Made by a program: the position numbers and the translations under genes
Shown here: one piece after another, positions 33,256 to 46,085 of the stretch
Layout of the letters: each line of letters opens with the position of its first letter
Position numbering within the stretch: the stretch's first letter is position 1
The notes under the pieces: model-generated
The model's database searches: none
What the model saw: the letters and a program-made list of their open reading frames with translations, nothing else
What the model was told of the DNA's origin: nothing
Source of the DNA: Peribolospora baueri
Taxonomy: Eukaryota
Reading direction: 5' to 3'
Length of the DNA: 64,000 nucleotides
NCBI GenBank assembly: GCA_029717555.1
Contig: JAMDHS010000001.1
Location: forward strand, 372,001 to 436,000

Positions 33256-36187
33256 TCAAGTAGTCCAAAGACGTACATCCCCATCCGAGCCAGCGGTCAC
33301 GAGCCAGGGCTCACTGGGATGCCACTTAGCATCGAGGATTCCAAGACCAGCGGTGACGGTATGTCCCCGGAGAACCTTGAGCGGCACCACTAGGGGATTC
33401 TGCGAGAGGTCGGAAAAAACAGTACCATGGAACACATTCGCAGTGCCATCGTCCGCTGTCGAAGCAAAGAGGGGGTAGCTTTTATGGTAGACGACGGAAC
33501 GTATGGCACGGGAGTGATACCTAGGTGCAAGGAGGGAAATGCAGGAGGTGAGAGAGTGTGCTATGCCGAAGTGGAAGCGAAGGGAACACGACGTACCTTA
33601 GAGTCTTATATGGCTTCGAGCTAAGGTCCATGTCGAACCAAACGAGTCGCTTGTCGTAGCTACCGACGATGATGTTGTCTCCCCCAGGATGCACGTCGAA
33701 AGAAGAAATCCACTTCAGACCGGGGGTCAACGTCTTGACGAGAGCCTGTGCGGCAAGATCGTACAATCGAACGTAACGTTGGGTCTGAACACAAGATACC
33801 GGCGAGAAAATGTTTCGATGTCATAATCATTGGCAAGTGGTCAACAGCTAGCGCGTCAAAAACACGAGTATACCACAGCCAGTCACGCCGGCTTACAGCT
33901 ACAAAAAGTTGTGGCTTGAGGGGGTGGAAGGCAACTCGCTGCACCGCTGAGCCCTTGGCGGCTCGTTTGAAAGGCGCTTGAGAGCGATGCTTAGTCAATT
34001 GGTGAATGAGAACGGAATTCGAGCCGACTGGAGGCAGAACGTAACCAATCCTTCTCAGCGCTGACCAAATACGGAAGCTGCCCCGCTACACTAATCAGCT
34101 TACCATCACCGCAGACAGTTGCAAAGTAATCCCCCTTTCCATGCCATGCTACTTGCTTGGGTGTCCCGGGAAGTTCGACATGTAGTAGAATGCCCGAAGC
34201 CCGCTCTTTTTCCGTAGCTTTGACCCACTTGACACCCTTGATCGCCTTACTGGGCTCTTGCGTCGGGTTGGAACCGGAATTCAAAGCGGACAAAACGTGC
34301 GATAGAATGGACGTGTAAACGGTGGCAGATGAGATCGAGGGAGGCGCTATCACGGTGATCCGTCCAGAGCTACAGAGACACAGAAGGTATTGGTCAGCTT
34401 TCTGGCCGGGCTTGGACAGTATGCTTAACCGACAGAACTCCGCTCGTAACTTACGACGCAGCGGCGAAGAAAGGAAGCGATCGGTTTGGACACCACTCAA
34501 CAGAGAAGACAGGTCCCTGATCGGCAGCTTTCTGATTCAGGTCCCACTTCGCGGCACATCGGCCCGTCGCGAGTTCCCAAAGTCGGAGGACGCCATCTTC
34601 GGCACCAGTCGCAATCCAGTTGCCAAAACCGTCGACCGCACAGCATCTCACGCGAGACTTGCGGGGATGCGAATAGACGACTGCCGTCGTTGTCGGGAAT
34701 GGTCGAAGTTCCTTGGGCGAAGGCAGCTTAGGGACGAGTGACTCCGGATCGATGTCAACGCGGCTCCGACGAATCCTAGGTGCGAGATACAAATCAAGGC
34801 ATCGCTCGAAGCGTTCCTGGACGAAATTCTGATAACCGGGCACGAGGCGTAAAGAGTCATGCTTTGCTGGAATAAAGTCGGTCTTGCGGTCTTCTCGATC
34901 CGCTTCGAGCCACCCCTTCCGCTCTTTGTCCGTAAACAGATATTCGGCTGGAGGGTTATACGACTGATCGTGATTTGGGAGGGCCAATTTGGGAGCTGGC
35001 ATGTGCATCGGATGGTCGGCTCGAGGTTCGTCCGCGTCGCTCCAGAGGTTGAAGAACTGTGGTCGTTGAGATGCTGGAGCCCGAGGTAAAATACGGCCTT
35101 CCCTGATAGCTCGCACAATTTTCATAACCTAGCGAAAGGAGCAACTTGCGGTAATCAGTTTCTTGGATCGGCCCAGAAGTACGTAAAAAACGGAATAGAG
35201 TCACCCGTGCTTACCTTCTTGTGCTCCCACTTGCTCGGAACGAACCTTCGCTTTGGTTCAGGACGAGCAGTAAGAGGCGTGACCATCTCTTTGCCAGGTC
35301 CGGTGAACCACTCGGTCATGGGCTCATAAGGGTCGTAAGAAGCGTCAGGTATCTCGCCTTGCTGAAGGCGCCGAATGATGTCCAGCTCTTCGTCGGTGAG
35401 CTTGGCTTGCTTGCCAAGAAGTTCGTCTTTGGCGGAAACCCTTAGGAGTGCAAAACGGAAGCCGGACATGAGCTGGTGTTGGAGCTACAAATTTAAAACT
35501 GCCTCGCTCACCAAGAGTCCGGATCTTCGACCGTCTCGAGGAACTTGTCCAATTCATCAGTGGTAGCCGGCTTCAAGAGCTTGTTGCCGTTGACATCGTA
35601 GCCAATGTGCGGCAAGTCGTCGTACCAATGGAGTGGTACGTTTCCAACTCGATTCGGCGCCTGCCAAGAAATATCGAAGCAAGTGACAGCGGAGCACATG
35701 TCAGCGAGGAGAACAGTGCAGCTGAGGCGCCATAACCACTCCACAAATCCCTTACGTCTTCCGTGGATGAATCACTATCGTAAACTGCGTCGATTTCCGG
35801 ATAAACCTTCTTGAGCTCGCCCGTGAGTGCACTTCTTTGCCAGCCGTCTCCTTGGTCGCCATCTTCCTCCTCCCTCTCGCTCTTGTTCTCGCTGTCGTGG
35901 GCGGAATTGTCTACATTCTCGCTCCCACTGATACTTTTGGCGTCGCTCTCGTCTTCTTCCTCTTCCTCCTCTTCCTCTTCCTCATCTGAGTCCCCTCCCA
36001 GATCGTGGTCACTGGCGTCAATCTCCGGAAACTCTTCCCCTTCGGAGTCGGTGCTGGCGTCCAAATCGGAACCTGGAATGCTGTCCTCTTCCGCTGCGCT
36101 TAGGTCGAGCTCTGCAAACTCTTCGCGCACAGCCGAAGGGGTAGCTGGGGTTGGCGGCGCCGGCGCGTGACGCTTGCGCTTCTCCAT
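33256..36187 (-). CDS. ERB1: Ribosome biogenesis WD40 protein ERB1/BOP1 (multi-exon)
   Basis: [68 protein letters not shown]40 repeats; ends DVRLWTT*. Confidence 0.96.
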
Positions 36188-36375
36188 TGAAGCTGATGGT
36201 GTTGAACGAGTACGGTTGTGATGGTAAGAGGACCGAGAAGAAGAGTGGAAGCCAAAAAGAAACTGCGGCAAGCTCGACGCGTGGGTTACATCCGCCGCAG
36301 CCTACTCGTCTGATCGCTGACGCGCTCACTCTCGCCTTCTCATTCCGGAGATTGTACCAGAGACGACATTGCAAG

Positions 36376-38364
36376 ATGGTGTATGGAGGAGGTAAGCCTG
36401 ATGCGTCCTATCTGTCGTTGGTGCTCTCGCGATGGATGTAGAGAATCTAACGACGCTGTTCTCGTTGTTACCTTCTCTCGTCCCGCCTCAAGACGAGATC
36501 TCGGCCGTTGTGCTTGACATCGGCTCTTCGTCGACGCGAGCGGGGTGGGCTGGGGAAGACTCACCACGCGCCGTGTTCCCTACGTCTTATGGGTACACTC
36601 TGGACGATGCGGAGATGGCTGATCAAGACGAAGATGCTCCTGCGTCGGAGCCATCGCAGCAGAAGCAGACTGCTTGGGATGGAAAACGAAGGTACTTGGG
36701 AGATGCAGGTGTTCGGATTTGGCGGCCTAACATGGAGGTGTTCAACCCAGTCCAAGACGGCATGCGTGAGTATCTGTTATTTTCAAGGCATGATTGGAAA
36801 ACGCATTTTGATTTACACGGTTTCACGTTGTCCGCCTCGAAGTGTCCGATGCGGTCTCGCTATCCGCTATCACGGACTATGCTTTCCGTGACCGTCTTCG
36901 CACCGACCTCTCTGAGCACCCGTTGCTCTTGACGGAACCCGCATGGAATACTAAGGAGAACCGGGAGAGTGCAATTGAGGTAGCATTTGAGAAGTTCGAG
37001 GTTCCAGCATTCTACATTGCCAACAATACGGTCTTGTCGGCGTGAGTTTCGCCGACGCATTCAAGGGGCTGCCGGCCTTGAGAGAGACTTTTTTGACTAA
37101 CAGGCATCTCTACCTTCAAACACAAGATTTGCGGCTGGAAAGAGCACCGCACTCGTGGTCGACGTCGGTGCGGAGAACGCGAGCGCAATCCCCGTTGTCG
37201 ATGGATTTGTCCTTCGCAAAGGTGTGTGTGGTGACCGGAAACTTTTCTTAGCAACTCCAACTCATCGTGCCTTCATCGCTATCCTAGGGATTCTGCGACA
37301 ACCCACCGCGGGATCTGCCATATCTCGCGCTCTTCTCCACTATCTCAAATCAGCGAACCCGCCTGTTCCCATCGTCCCTCAATACCTTGTGAAGAGCAAG
37401 ACTCCCGTAGAGCCAGGGCAAGCGGCGGAAGCGTCCCTACGAGAAGACCGACTAGCTGTGAGCTCTACGGCGCCTATTATGCTAGGTAGTTGAATGCATC
37501 GCTTACATTGCGAGTTACTTACGATCTCTACCCCTGCAAATCAGTCTACCACGGACTCTTTCAAGCAATTCGCGGAGATGAGCCTCATGCACGAGTTCAA
37601 GGAGGCGGTTGGCCAAGTTTACGAGAACAAATGGGACGAGAAGTGAGCCGATCCTCTTCCGTGCCAGTCCGGAGGACTATTGTAGAGCTGGAGATGACAC
37701 AAGCTGTGATTATCACCGCCTTTACGCCAACAGTTCAGCTGCCCTGAAGGTGGCGCGGCCATTCGAGTTTCCAGACGGTTACAACAACGTCTTCGGTATG
37801 GAAAGGCTTAGAGCATCAGAAGTTATGTTCTCACCTTCGGAGTTCCAGTCACTTGACATCGTGAGTGACAAACAAGGTCCCACGACATTGGTTATCACTA
37901 GTTGGGTCTTAACGACGTTTCCTTCTTCAGGTCCCTCAATCTGCTACCAACCTGACCAGCGTGACGCAGATGATCATTGACAGTGTGATGGCAACTGACG
38001 TCGACAGCCGAGCTAGTCTTTTGAACAATATTGTACTCGTCGGCGGCGGCACTTTGCTACTCGGGTTTGCGGACCGTATTAGTTACGAGTTGGGCGTTTC
38101 CATGCCGGGAGTGAGTCTCTTGTACTTGACGTGCGCAATGCTGGGCTGGACATGGCTTAATCCTTGTTGTATGCACTCCATCGTAACCGTTTCTGACAGA
38201 GCAAAATCAAGATTCACTCTCCCGGCAACCTCGTGGAGCGCCGGTACTCCTCCTGGCTTGGTGGGTCTATCTTGGCCTCCTTGGGTACCTTCCACCAGCT
38301 GTGGGTGAGCCGAGAGGAATATCAAGAGCATGGACGGGCAATCGTGAATGCCAGGTGTAAATAA
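36376..38364 (+). CDS. ARP4: Nuclear actin-related protein 4 (NuA4/INO80/SWR1; multi-exon)
   Basis: [63 protein letters not shown]; ends IVNARCK*. Confidence 0.93.
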
Positions 38365-38710
38365 ACTGTGAATATGTATGTAGAGCTGCAAAGCGTTATC
38401 GCTTAGCAAATGCTCTCCGAAAATTTTGAACAGTCGTAAGGAAAAAGGACACTTTGACTGCTTACTGTAACGGTGTGAGTGACCCGATCACCTTGGCCAC
38501 GTGGCCGACACCGCCTGTACGGTAGTCATCTCCCCGCCGCCGGGCGCTCGTCTTGGAGGAAACACCTTTTGCACATACCTTATCCTGTTACATGGCGACG
38601 CCTGGATTCGACATATCCTCATCGACATTGCGGTCCCCAAGCCGCTTCCACAACAGTTTTTTATTATTAAGGTTTTTGCAGGGGTCGGCACCCAGCCTCA
38701 CGGGCCCGGT

Positions 38711-39145
38711 TGTCATAAATGTGACCATCCAGACCCCAGATGCCAAGCCTCCCAATCCTCGCACGCCGCACGTGTCGCCCACACGTGCCTGGGAATTCCA
38801 TTATCAGCATCGCGACACCTTCGCGACAACGTCACTACCTCGTGTCCGCCTCTCGTATCCCAGCTATGTTTCCCTCGTTCGCTCTCCGCGTTCCCCCTCG
38901 CGCCCTCGGCTACTGTGGCTTGGGGCCACACATGTATATAAAGCCGAAGTTTCTGAGCCCGTCACTTCCTCTCTCCTCAGAAACTTCCCTATAAAATTAG
39001 TCACACTCCCCGATACGAGAGTATACAACTCAGAACTCGCCCTTTCCTTGATCACTTGTACGTGTGCGGTCCGTTTGGTTGAAGGCTTAGGGATACCGAC
39101 TGGCTTAACGGGTCGAGCGCCCTGAGAGCGGGTTAGTTCCTGACA
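38711..39145 (+). mobile_element. Second, nested 5' LTR (435 bp) of a chromovirus with self-priming PBS
   Basis: TGTCA...TGACA ends, TATATAAA at 38935. Downstream 39147-39161 is the exact reverse complement of 38979-38993. Confidence 0.8.
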
Positions 39146-39344
39146 CTATAGGGAAGTTTCTCAACAGTCCCTGTCCTTTTCCTTCTTCCCCGTCCATTCG
39201 GAACTTTTACCCCACACTTCTTTTTTTCTTTTCGTTCTTCCCCGTTCACTTCCGCCGGTACCCCCGACGACGACACACCTCCGTCGACGTTCCCTTCCGA
39301 CGTCGACGACGCACCTCCGTCGGCCCTCTCCCCGACGACGACGA

Positions 39345-42300
39345 TTGACCCCCGCCGGCATCCCCGACGACGACTCTCCCCAACGCCATTTCCCCGGTCC
39401 TCAGCACCAACGAGCACTCTCAGATGCAGGACCAAGATCACGAGATGGCTCCCCGACGCCCGAAGCCCCGCCGCCCAAACCTGATGCCCAGAAGGCTCTC
39501 ATCGACGCCCTTGGGTACTTCCGCGACTTCTTCCGCGCTCAGGGTTCCCGGCAGCCCTCGCAGGCCCAGGCGGCATCTCAGGCGGCTCCCCAGGCGTCGC
39601 ATCTCCGGATGGGCAACGACCCGCCGGGCTTCAGTGGTACGGACCGCTCGGCCTGCTCCGACTTCTTCTCGCATGTCGAGCTTTACTTCGAGTCAAATGC
39701 GCACATCTTCCAGAACGACGGCCTGAAGATCTTGTACGCGGCCAACCTGCTCCGTAGGCCTTCACCTGGTACTCCTCCCGCCAGGAGAAGTGGGACCTGC
39801 CCATGAATGAGTCGTTCGCCACGTTCCGTGCCGCCGTCACCGACCAATTCGGCATCCCCGACGAGCGGACGGACGTCCTCCGCCGCCTCAACCGCCTCTA
39901 CCATTAGGCTCGGTCTCCGACTACGCCAGCGAGTTCGACACCCTCGAAAGTCGGAAAGTCGGCTCAGTTGGCCCAACGAGGCCCCTTCAGAACCAATTTT
40001 ATCAGGGCCTGAAGGAGGAGATCAAGGATGAGTTGTCGCGGGTTACAGAGTTGCCGACGACGTTGAGCGGACTCGTGAGCCTGGCCGTCCAGCTGGGCAA
40101 CCGCCAACGGGAGAGAGCCGAGGAGCGCCGCGCCCCCAACTTCCACAGGGACCCGCGCTACCTCCGACCTGTGCCCAATCGGCCTTGGGCGGACCGCCAC
40201 GTCGAGCGAGCTGTCCACCCCTCAACGGCGCCCGTGCCTATGGAAGTCGATGACACGACGACGAGAAGTGCGCCTAACCACCCCCGTCGCCGCCTCAGCC
40301 CCGCTGAGAAGGATCGCCGCCGACGGGAAGGTGCCTCCACTGTGCCGCGGGTCACCAAATCGGCGACTGTCCGGAGAGATCCCGATCCCAGCGCCGCGCC
40401 TCGGGACACCTTGAGTCCGCAGGGCTCGCGCCGGCCCTCGGACGAAGCGGTCAGGCGTTCCCACCGGGCTCTGCCGGCGCCCACCGGGTCGCAGGTGCCC
40501 TATCCTGCGGCCCCGAATGGTGGCCACTTTCGCATCCAGGTGGCTCTGGTGACAAAGCCGTTCGCCCGCCCATCGATACTGTCGCCCTCCTCGATCCCGG
40601 CGCATCATCGTGCTTCATCGACCCCGACTTCTGCCAAAAGCACTGCCTCGCCCTGCGTCCGAAGCCTCACCCGATCGACATCAACGTCTTCGACGGTCGG
40701 CCCAGTGCTTCGGGCGCCATCACTCACTGGTGCTCAGCGTCAACTGGCTCCGTGAGCACCAGCCCGACGTCCGCTGGCGTGACAACGCGCTCTCCCTGCG
40801 CTGCGCGCCGTGTCTGGACCACTCTCGACCCACTACGCACGTCGTCACCGCCATGGCCACCAGCTTCGCTGTCTCCCCGTGGCCCTTGAGCCGTCGGCAC
40901 CCTTGGATGTTGCCTTCGTCAACGCCTCCGCGTTTGCAGCCCTGGCGAAGGAGGCTCCAGACGCCTCCGGCACGCTCTCCTTCCACGATGAGCCCCTCGA
41001 TTCTCTCGCCACGTTTTCCGTCGCGCCTACCCCGTTTGAGCGAGACTTGCCCGATGGTCCCGATCATGCTGCCCAGATCCGCCAGGCCAGTCCCTGCCTG
41101 TTTCCATGACCTCCTGACGGCTTTCTCCAAAGTCATGGCCGACGTGCTTCTCCCGCATCGGCCTCACGACCTTGCGATCCAACTCGAGCCCGGAGCTATA
41201 CCCCCATTCGGTCCCATCTCCGCCCTCTCGAGGCGCCCCGACCACTCCGTCGGCAGCAAGGCCAGCGACTCCGCTCCCGAGATCGTGATTCGCCCCGTCT
41301 CGGAAGCCGCCTCGAACCGCTACTCCGGCGCACTCCCGGCACCACCTGCGACTCCCGCGCTTGCGCTCGCAACCTCCTCGGACGCTCCCAACGCGGATTC
41401 CTCCGGTCTCTCCCAGCGCGACATCCTCGCTACGACTGTGACTGCCTCACCGTCCGACCCTGCCGCGATTCCCGCACATGCCCTCGCAACCTCCGTGGAC
41501 AGCCCCGAAGCGGAAGTCTCCGGTCCCTCAGCTGTGCAACCCCCGGCACTCCGACCGTGACCGCCTCGCTGTCCGCCCCTGCGCCTCGCCGTCCGACCCT
41601 CCCGCCTCGCCTTCCGGCTCCACCGTAAATCCAGATCTCCGTTCCGACATCCTGACGTACCTGCCGCACGACCCCGCCGTCGCTGAAGTCCTCACCCAGC
41701 TGCAGGCAGGAGAGGAACCGTCTCGACCCGACTTCGCATTACGAGATGGCCTCCTCACGTACAAGGAACGGGTCTACGTCCCGGATTTCGAGCCTCTGCG
41801 CGTCCGCATCCTCCAGCAGGCCCACGATTCGTCCACCGCTGGCCATCCTGGACGTGCGCGCACTTACGAGCTTGTGTACCGCAACTTTTTCTGGACTGGG
41901 CTGCGCGCTTTTGTTGATGAGTACGTTCAGACCTGCAAGACGTGCCAGCGCAACAAGCCAGTCCATCATCGCAACTTCGGCCTCTTGCAGCCGTTGCCGG
42001 TACCAAGCCGCCCTGGGGGTCCATCTCCATGGACCACATCACAGACCTCCCGCCTTCCGCCGGCTTCAATGCCATCCTCGTCGTCGTTGACCGCCTCACC
42101 AAGCAATCTCACTTCATCCCGGCCCGCAAGTCCAACACCAGCAAGGACTTGGCGCAGCAGTTCATGACCAACGTTTTCCGACTGCACGGCCTACCCGGTG
42201 ACATTGTTTCCGACCGCGGCCCGACATTCACGTCAAGGTGGTGGTCAGACCTGTTGTGTGCCCTCAACATCGAGCCCAACCTGTCGACTGCGTTCCATCC

Positions 42301-42920
42301 CCAAAGTGACGGTCAGACGGAGCGCGTGAATCAGGTGGTCGAGCAACACTTTCGCACCTTTTGCGACCACCTGCAGGACGACTGGGTGTCATGGTTACCC
42401 CACGCCGAGTTCGCCTACAACAACGCGCACCATTCGTCCATCGGCATGTCGCCGTTCTTTGCCAACTACGGTTTCCACCCGGTTTTGAGCTGACCCTCCG
42501 CGAGAGCACCAGGTACGCAAATCCATGTCCGCGGCACAAGGCACGCAAGCCAAGTACGCTAACCGGCGTCGAACGAAGGCTCCCACCTTCGAACTCGGCC
42601 AGCGTGTCTGGCTCATTCGCCGTTTCGTCCGCACCACCCGGCCCTCCGACAAGCTAGACGCAAAACGCCTCGGCCCGTTCCTGGTGCACGGACGAGTTGG
42701 TGAATCGGCATACCGGCTGGAGCTCCCCACCAATATGAAGATTCACAATGTCTTCCACGTTTCCCTCCTTGAGCCGTACCACACGAACCGACTACCCTCA
42801 AGGCCACGCTTCTCCCGCGCCGCCCGATCCCGAGGTCGACGACAACGGCGACCTACACTACGAAGTCTCGCGCATTCTCGACTCCCGTCTCCGCCGTCGC
42901 AAACTGGAATACCTGGAAGC
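39345..42920 (+). pseudogene. Frameshifted Ty3/Gypsy chromovirus gag-protease-(RT/RNaseH deleted)-integrase-truncated chromodomain
   Basis: Gag NDPPGFSGTDRSACSDFFSHVELYF; protease ALLDPGASSCFID; integrase zinc finger AHDSSTAGHPG...CKTCQ; core [26 protein letters not shown] motif; chromodomain start YEVSRILDSR. Confidence 0.9.
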
Positions 42921-43099
42921 ACGGGAAGGAGGCGAACCAGCGCGCCCTCCGCCGTCTCGAAGACGAAGCACAGCGCAGGGACGATGCTTACGTCAAGCAT
43001 GGCTTCAAGATCGGCGACAGGGTCTTACGACAGCGCGCGGCAAGAAACCACGAGTTGGAGCCCCGCTGGGATGGACCTTTCATCATCCGGTCAACCACA

Positions 43100-43535
43100 C
43101 GCTAGGGCTCCCGCCTAAGCGTAAGTGGGATCATCGCATCGACACGGGCGGAGCTCGGCAGGGGGTGCGGCCCCATTCGCCACCGGAGCATGAGGCGGTA
43201 CGGCGCTTCATTGACGAGGGTCTGGCAAACGGGACGATCGAACCCGCCGACGGCTCGCCCTGGGGATCTCGCCTATCACCCTGGTGCGGAAGAAGACCGG
43301 CGAGATTAGGGTGTGCATCGACTATCGCGCCCTGAACGCCATCACCCGCAAGAGCGCGTACCCGCTCGTCCGCATCGATGACTGCTACCAGATGCTGCGG
43401 GGTGCGCAGTTTTTTCACCTCCCTCGACCTGAAGTACGGGTACGTCCAGGTCCGCATCGCCGATGAGACAGGGAGAAGAAGACGGCGTTCGTCAGCAGGT
43501 ACGGGCACTTCCAGTTCAAGGTCATGCCCATCGCC
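43100..43535 (+). pseudogene. Reverse transcriptase N-terminal fragment, out of domain order
   Basis: LPPKRKWDHRID, RKKTGEIRVCIDYRALN, YPLVRIDD, SLDLKYGY, KTAFVSRYGHFQFKVMP, all downstream of integrase. Confidence 0.85.
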
Positions 43536-44629
43536 CCTCTGGAGGAGGAGCAACAGCAGCAAGAAGAGTCTTCCGAACTCAGTCTCATTCCTACATTTCA
43601 CCCCATTCCTTTCCTCATCTTTTTCCTTCCCGCCTTATGTCATTTCCCTCATCTTTACCCTGTTTCCTTCCCTTCTTTTCATTTTACTCCTCTTCCCCAT
43701 TTTCTTTTCCCTTTCCGCTCTCCGGGACGATCGCCTCTTCCGGACGGGGCATGTAACGATATGAGTGACCCGATCACCTTGGCCACGTGGCCGACACCGT
43801 GGGCATCGCCTGTATGGTAGTCATCTCCCCGCCGCCGGGCGCTCGTCTTGGAGGAAACACCTTTTGCACATACCTTATCCTGTTACACTTACGTGTTGAA
43901 TGCATTTGGAAATCATCAGTTCAACCTTCCAGCGTGAGCTGACAATATGTATGCAGCGCGGACCAAATTTATGCGCATGTATCTCAAACATGCGTTAAAA
44001 CACAGGAGCATCAGGCTGCACATCCATCAGCTAGAGAGGTCCTCACCAACTCAAAAAATCAACCCAGAACAATGGACTCAGAAAAACATGGTGTGACTTA
44101 TCCTCCAAGGCTGCCTTACCTGACTTGCCCAACACAAGTTGGTCCTCAGCTTAGCTCGTTGAGATCTACTGCTGGTAAAGATGTAGTAACCCAACAATTT
44201 CACGTCCTTTTCCGATCCAAAATAAATTTTTCATGTGGGGAATGTTACGTTTTTATCAAAAAATAAGAATGACTTGTGCCTCATGTAAGAGGAAGCCGTC
44301 TGTATGTTTCCTGTAAAATGGTCACTGACGCCGTAAAATTTTCTGACGGTTCCGCACCTCCTGCTTCATCCAGAATAATCCTAGCACGGCAAGTCATGAC
44401 AATCAAGCAGCTTCTCAAGTCATGGAGAAAGCACAATGGAGGGAGAGCAAGCTGGGTCGTAACCTCTATGGAAATCTAAATAATTACGCGCATGAAGGTC
44501 ATAAATTCTCTCGGAATTTTTTGCTACCATTAATCCATGCCTCCACTGGTCAGTGTCTGTCTCTCAATTCGATGGCGAACCCGTGGATATTCAAATTTTT
44601 ATGCGCATAAAAATCATTCACAGGGTAGA

Positions 44630-46085
44630 AGTAGCTATATTCGGTTGAGCGCCGCATGTCCTTCTAGTCGACTTGGCCCTTCCCTTCCCTCTCCATCCCC
44701 TTCTCCCCCAGGCTCACGCTTACGTGAGGAAGATCACTTATGGTTGCTACATAGGGGACGCTCCCCGAGCGCTCCTATATACTCGTGAGGTGTTCAGCCC
44801 TCGAATGCAGAAGAGACAGAGAGGGCGCAAGGGGTCGGGAGCTAACGGAGTGAGGAATGCTCTAACGTCCTTCCAGGGCCTGATGCGGACATAAGCGGAG
44901 ATGAACGGACCAGTGGACTGGAATCCCCGCATCACCCCCTCGTTAGGACGATTGCCCCAATCGTCACTTCGGAAACGGCTTCTATCAAACAAGAACACTA
45001 AGAGAGGCGGTTGTTCGTCGAGTGGTTAGGCGGAGGGCCACTAGCGCCGACGGTCGTCGCCGTGCTGCGTGGCTTCGTCGGCCCACCACCACTCGGCGGG
45101 TTGGGCTCCGATGGCCAGCTTGAGGCGGTCGCCGTTGACGAGGCGGCGAAGGATGTGGCCGTTGGGAGCTTCGAGCTGGTAGACCCCAGAGCTACTGGTT
45201 GACTGGATGATGAAAGGCCCATCCCAGCGGGGCTCCAACTTGTGGTTTCTTGCCGCGCGCTGTCGTAAGACCCTGTTTCCGATCTTGAAGCCATGCTCGA
45301 CGTAAGCATCGTCCCTGCGCTGTGCTTCGTCTTCGAGACGGCGGAGGGCGCGGTTGATGGGGGAGGCGCGGGTGGCGCCCGTCGTATACGAGGAAGAAGG
45401 GCGACTGGCCGTGGCTGCGTATAGCGTGCGCACGGTGCGCGAGGAGTGCGTCGCTTAGGAAGTCGTCCCATCATTTGGTGTCCTTGGTCACAAGCCTGGC
45501 GAGGATGTCGACTAGCACGAAGTTGAACTTCTCCAGCCGCCCGTTAGTCTGCGGGTGGTACGATGTGGTCGAAGGTGCCGGATGTCGAGACCACCCCACC
45601 TTCCCTGGCTTTCCTGCGGCGGCGTGTTCACGACCCTTCCTCGGCGCGGGGCGAAGAGGCCAATTGTCGACTCGAGGTCCGCGAGAGTGCGCGGGAAAGC
45701 AAGCGATCGTACTGCTTCGATCTTCTCCTCCGTTGTGGCAAGATCCGCACGATCGACCTTGTGACCAAGCATCTGGAGGCTGTGATAAGCGACGTGGCAT
45801 TTGGCTGGAGAGAGGCGAACTCCGAGTCCGCGGATGCGGGAGAAGACGTCGCGGAGGTGCTAAAAGATGCTCGTCGAACGTAGGGTTGAAGATGAAGATG
45901 TCGTCAATGTAACAGGCGACGTACTTCCAGAGAATGCCCTTGAAAGTCCATTTTGCGCTGCATCCACCCAGGACTGTTCTTGAACCCCATCATTAGGCCG
46001 ACGAAGCGTTCCTTTCCACGATGAGTATAGACGGTCGCCTTGTCACGATCATCGGGATGGATCGAGATCGGTGAGCTTGTTAAGG
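44630..46085 (-). mobile_element. Decayed Ty3/Gypsy fragment: RT piece, integrase piece, PPT and truncated 3' LTR
   Basis: IHPDDRDKAT, MGFKNSPG, YIDDIFIF; TTSYHPQTNGRLEKFN; KLEPRWDGPF. PPT GAGGGGG then LTR starting TGATGCGG at 44934, with a TATA-like motif near 44778. Confidence 0.85.

Larger units (their letters stand above)
38466..43887 (+). mobile_element. Composite non-autonomous LTR retroelement bounded by mini-LTRs
   Basis: LTRs 38466-38592 (127 bp) and 43752-43887 (136 bp), TGTAAC...GTTACA. 5-bp TSD CTTAC on both sides. PBS-like TGGCGACGCCTGG at 38593. Purine tract GGACGGGGCA before the 3' LTR. Confidence 0.93.

Noticed and set aside
44881..44934. 54-bp TGATGCGG...CCGCATCA unit as a complete mini-LTR
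   Set aside because: LTR-like sequence with a TATA motif continues to ~44630 and there is no TSD; treated as an internal inverted repeat of a longer LTR.
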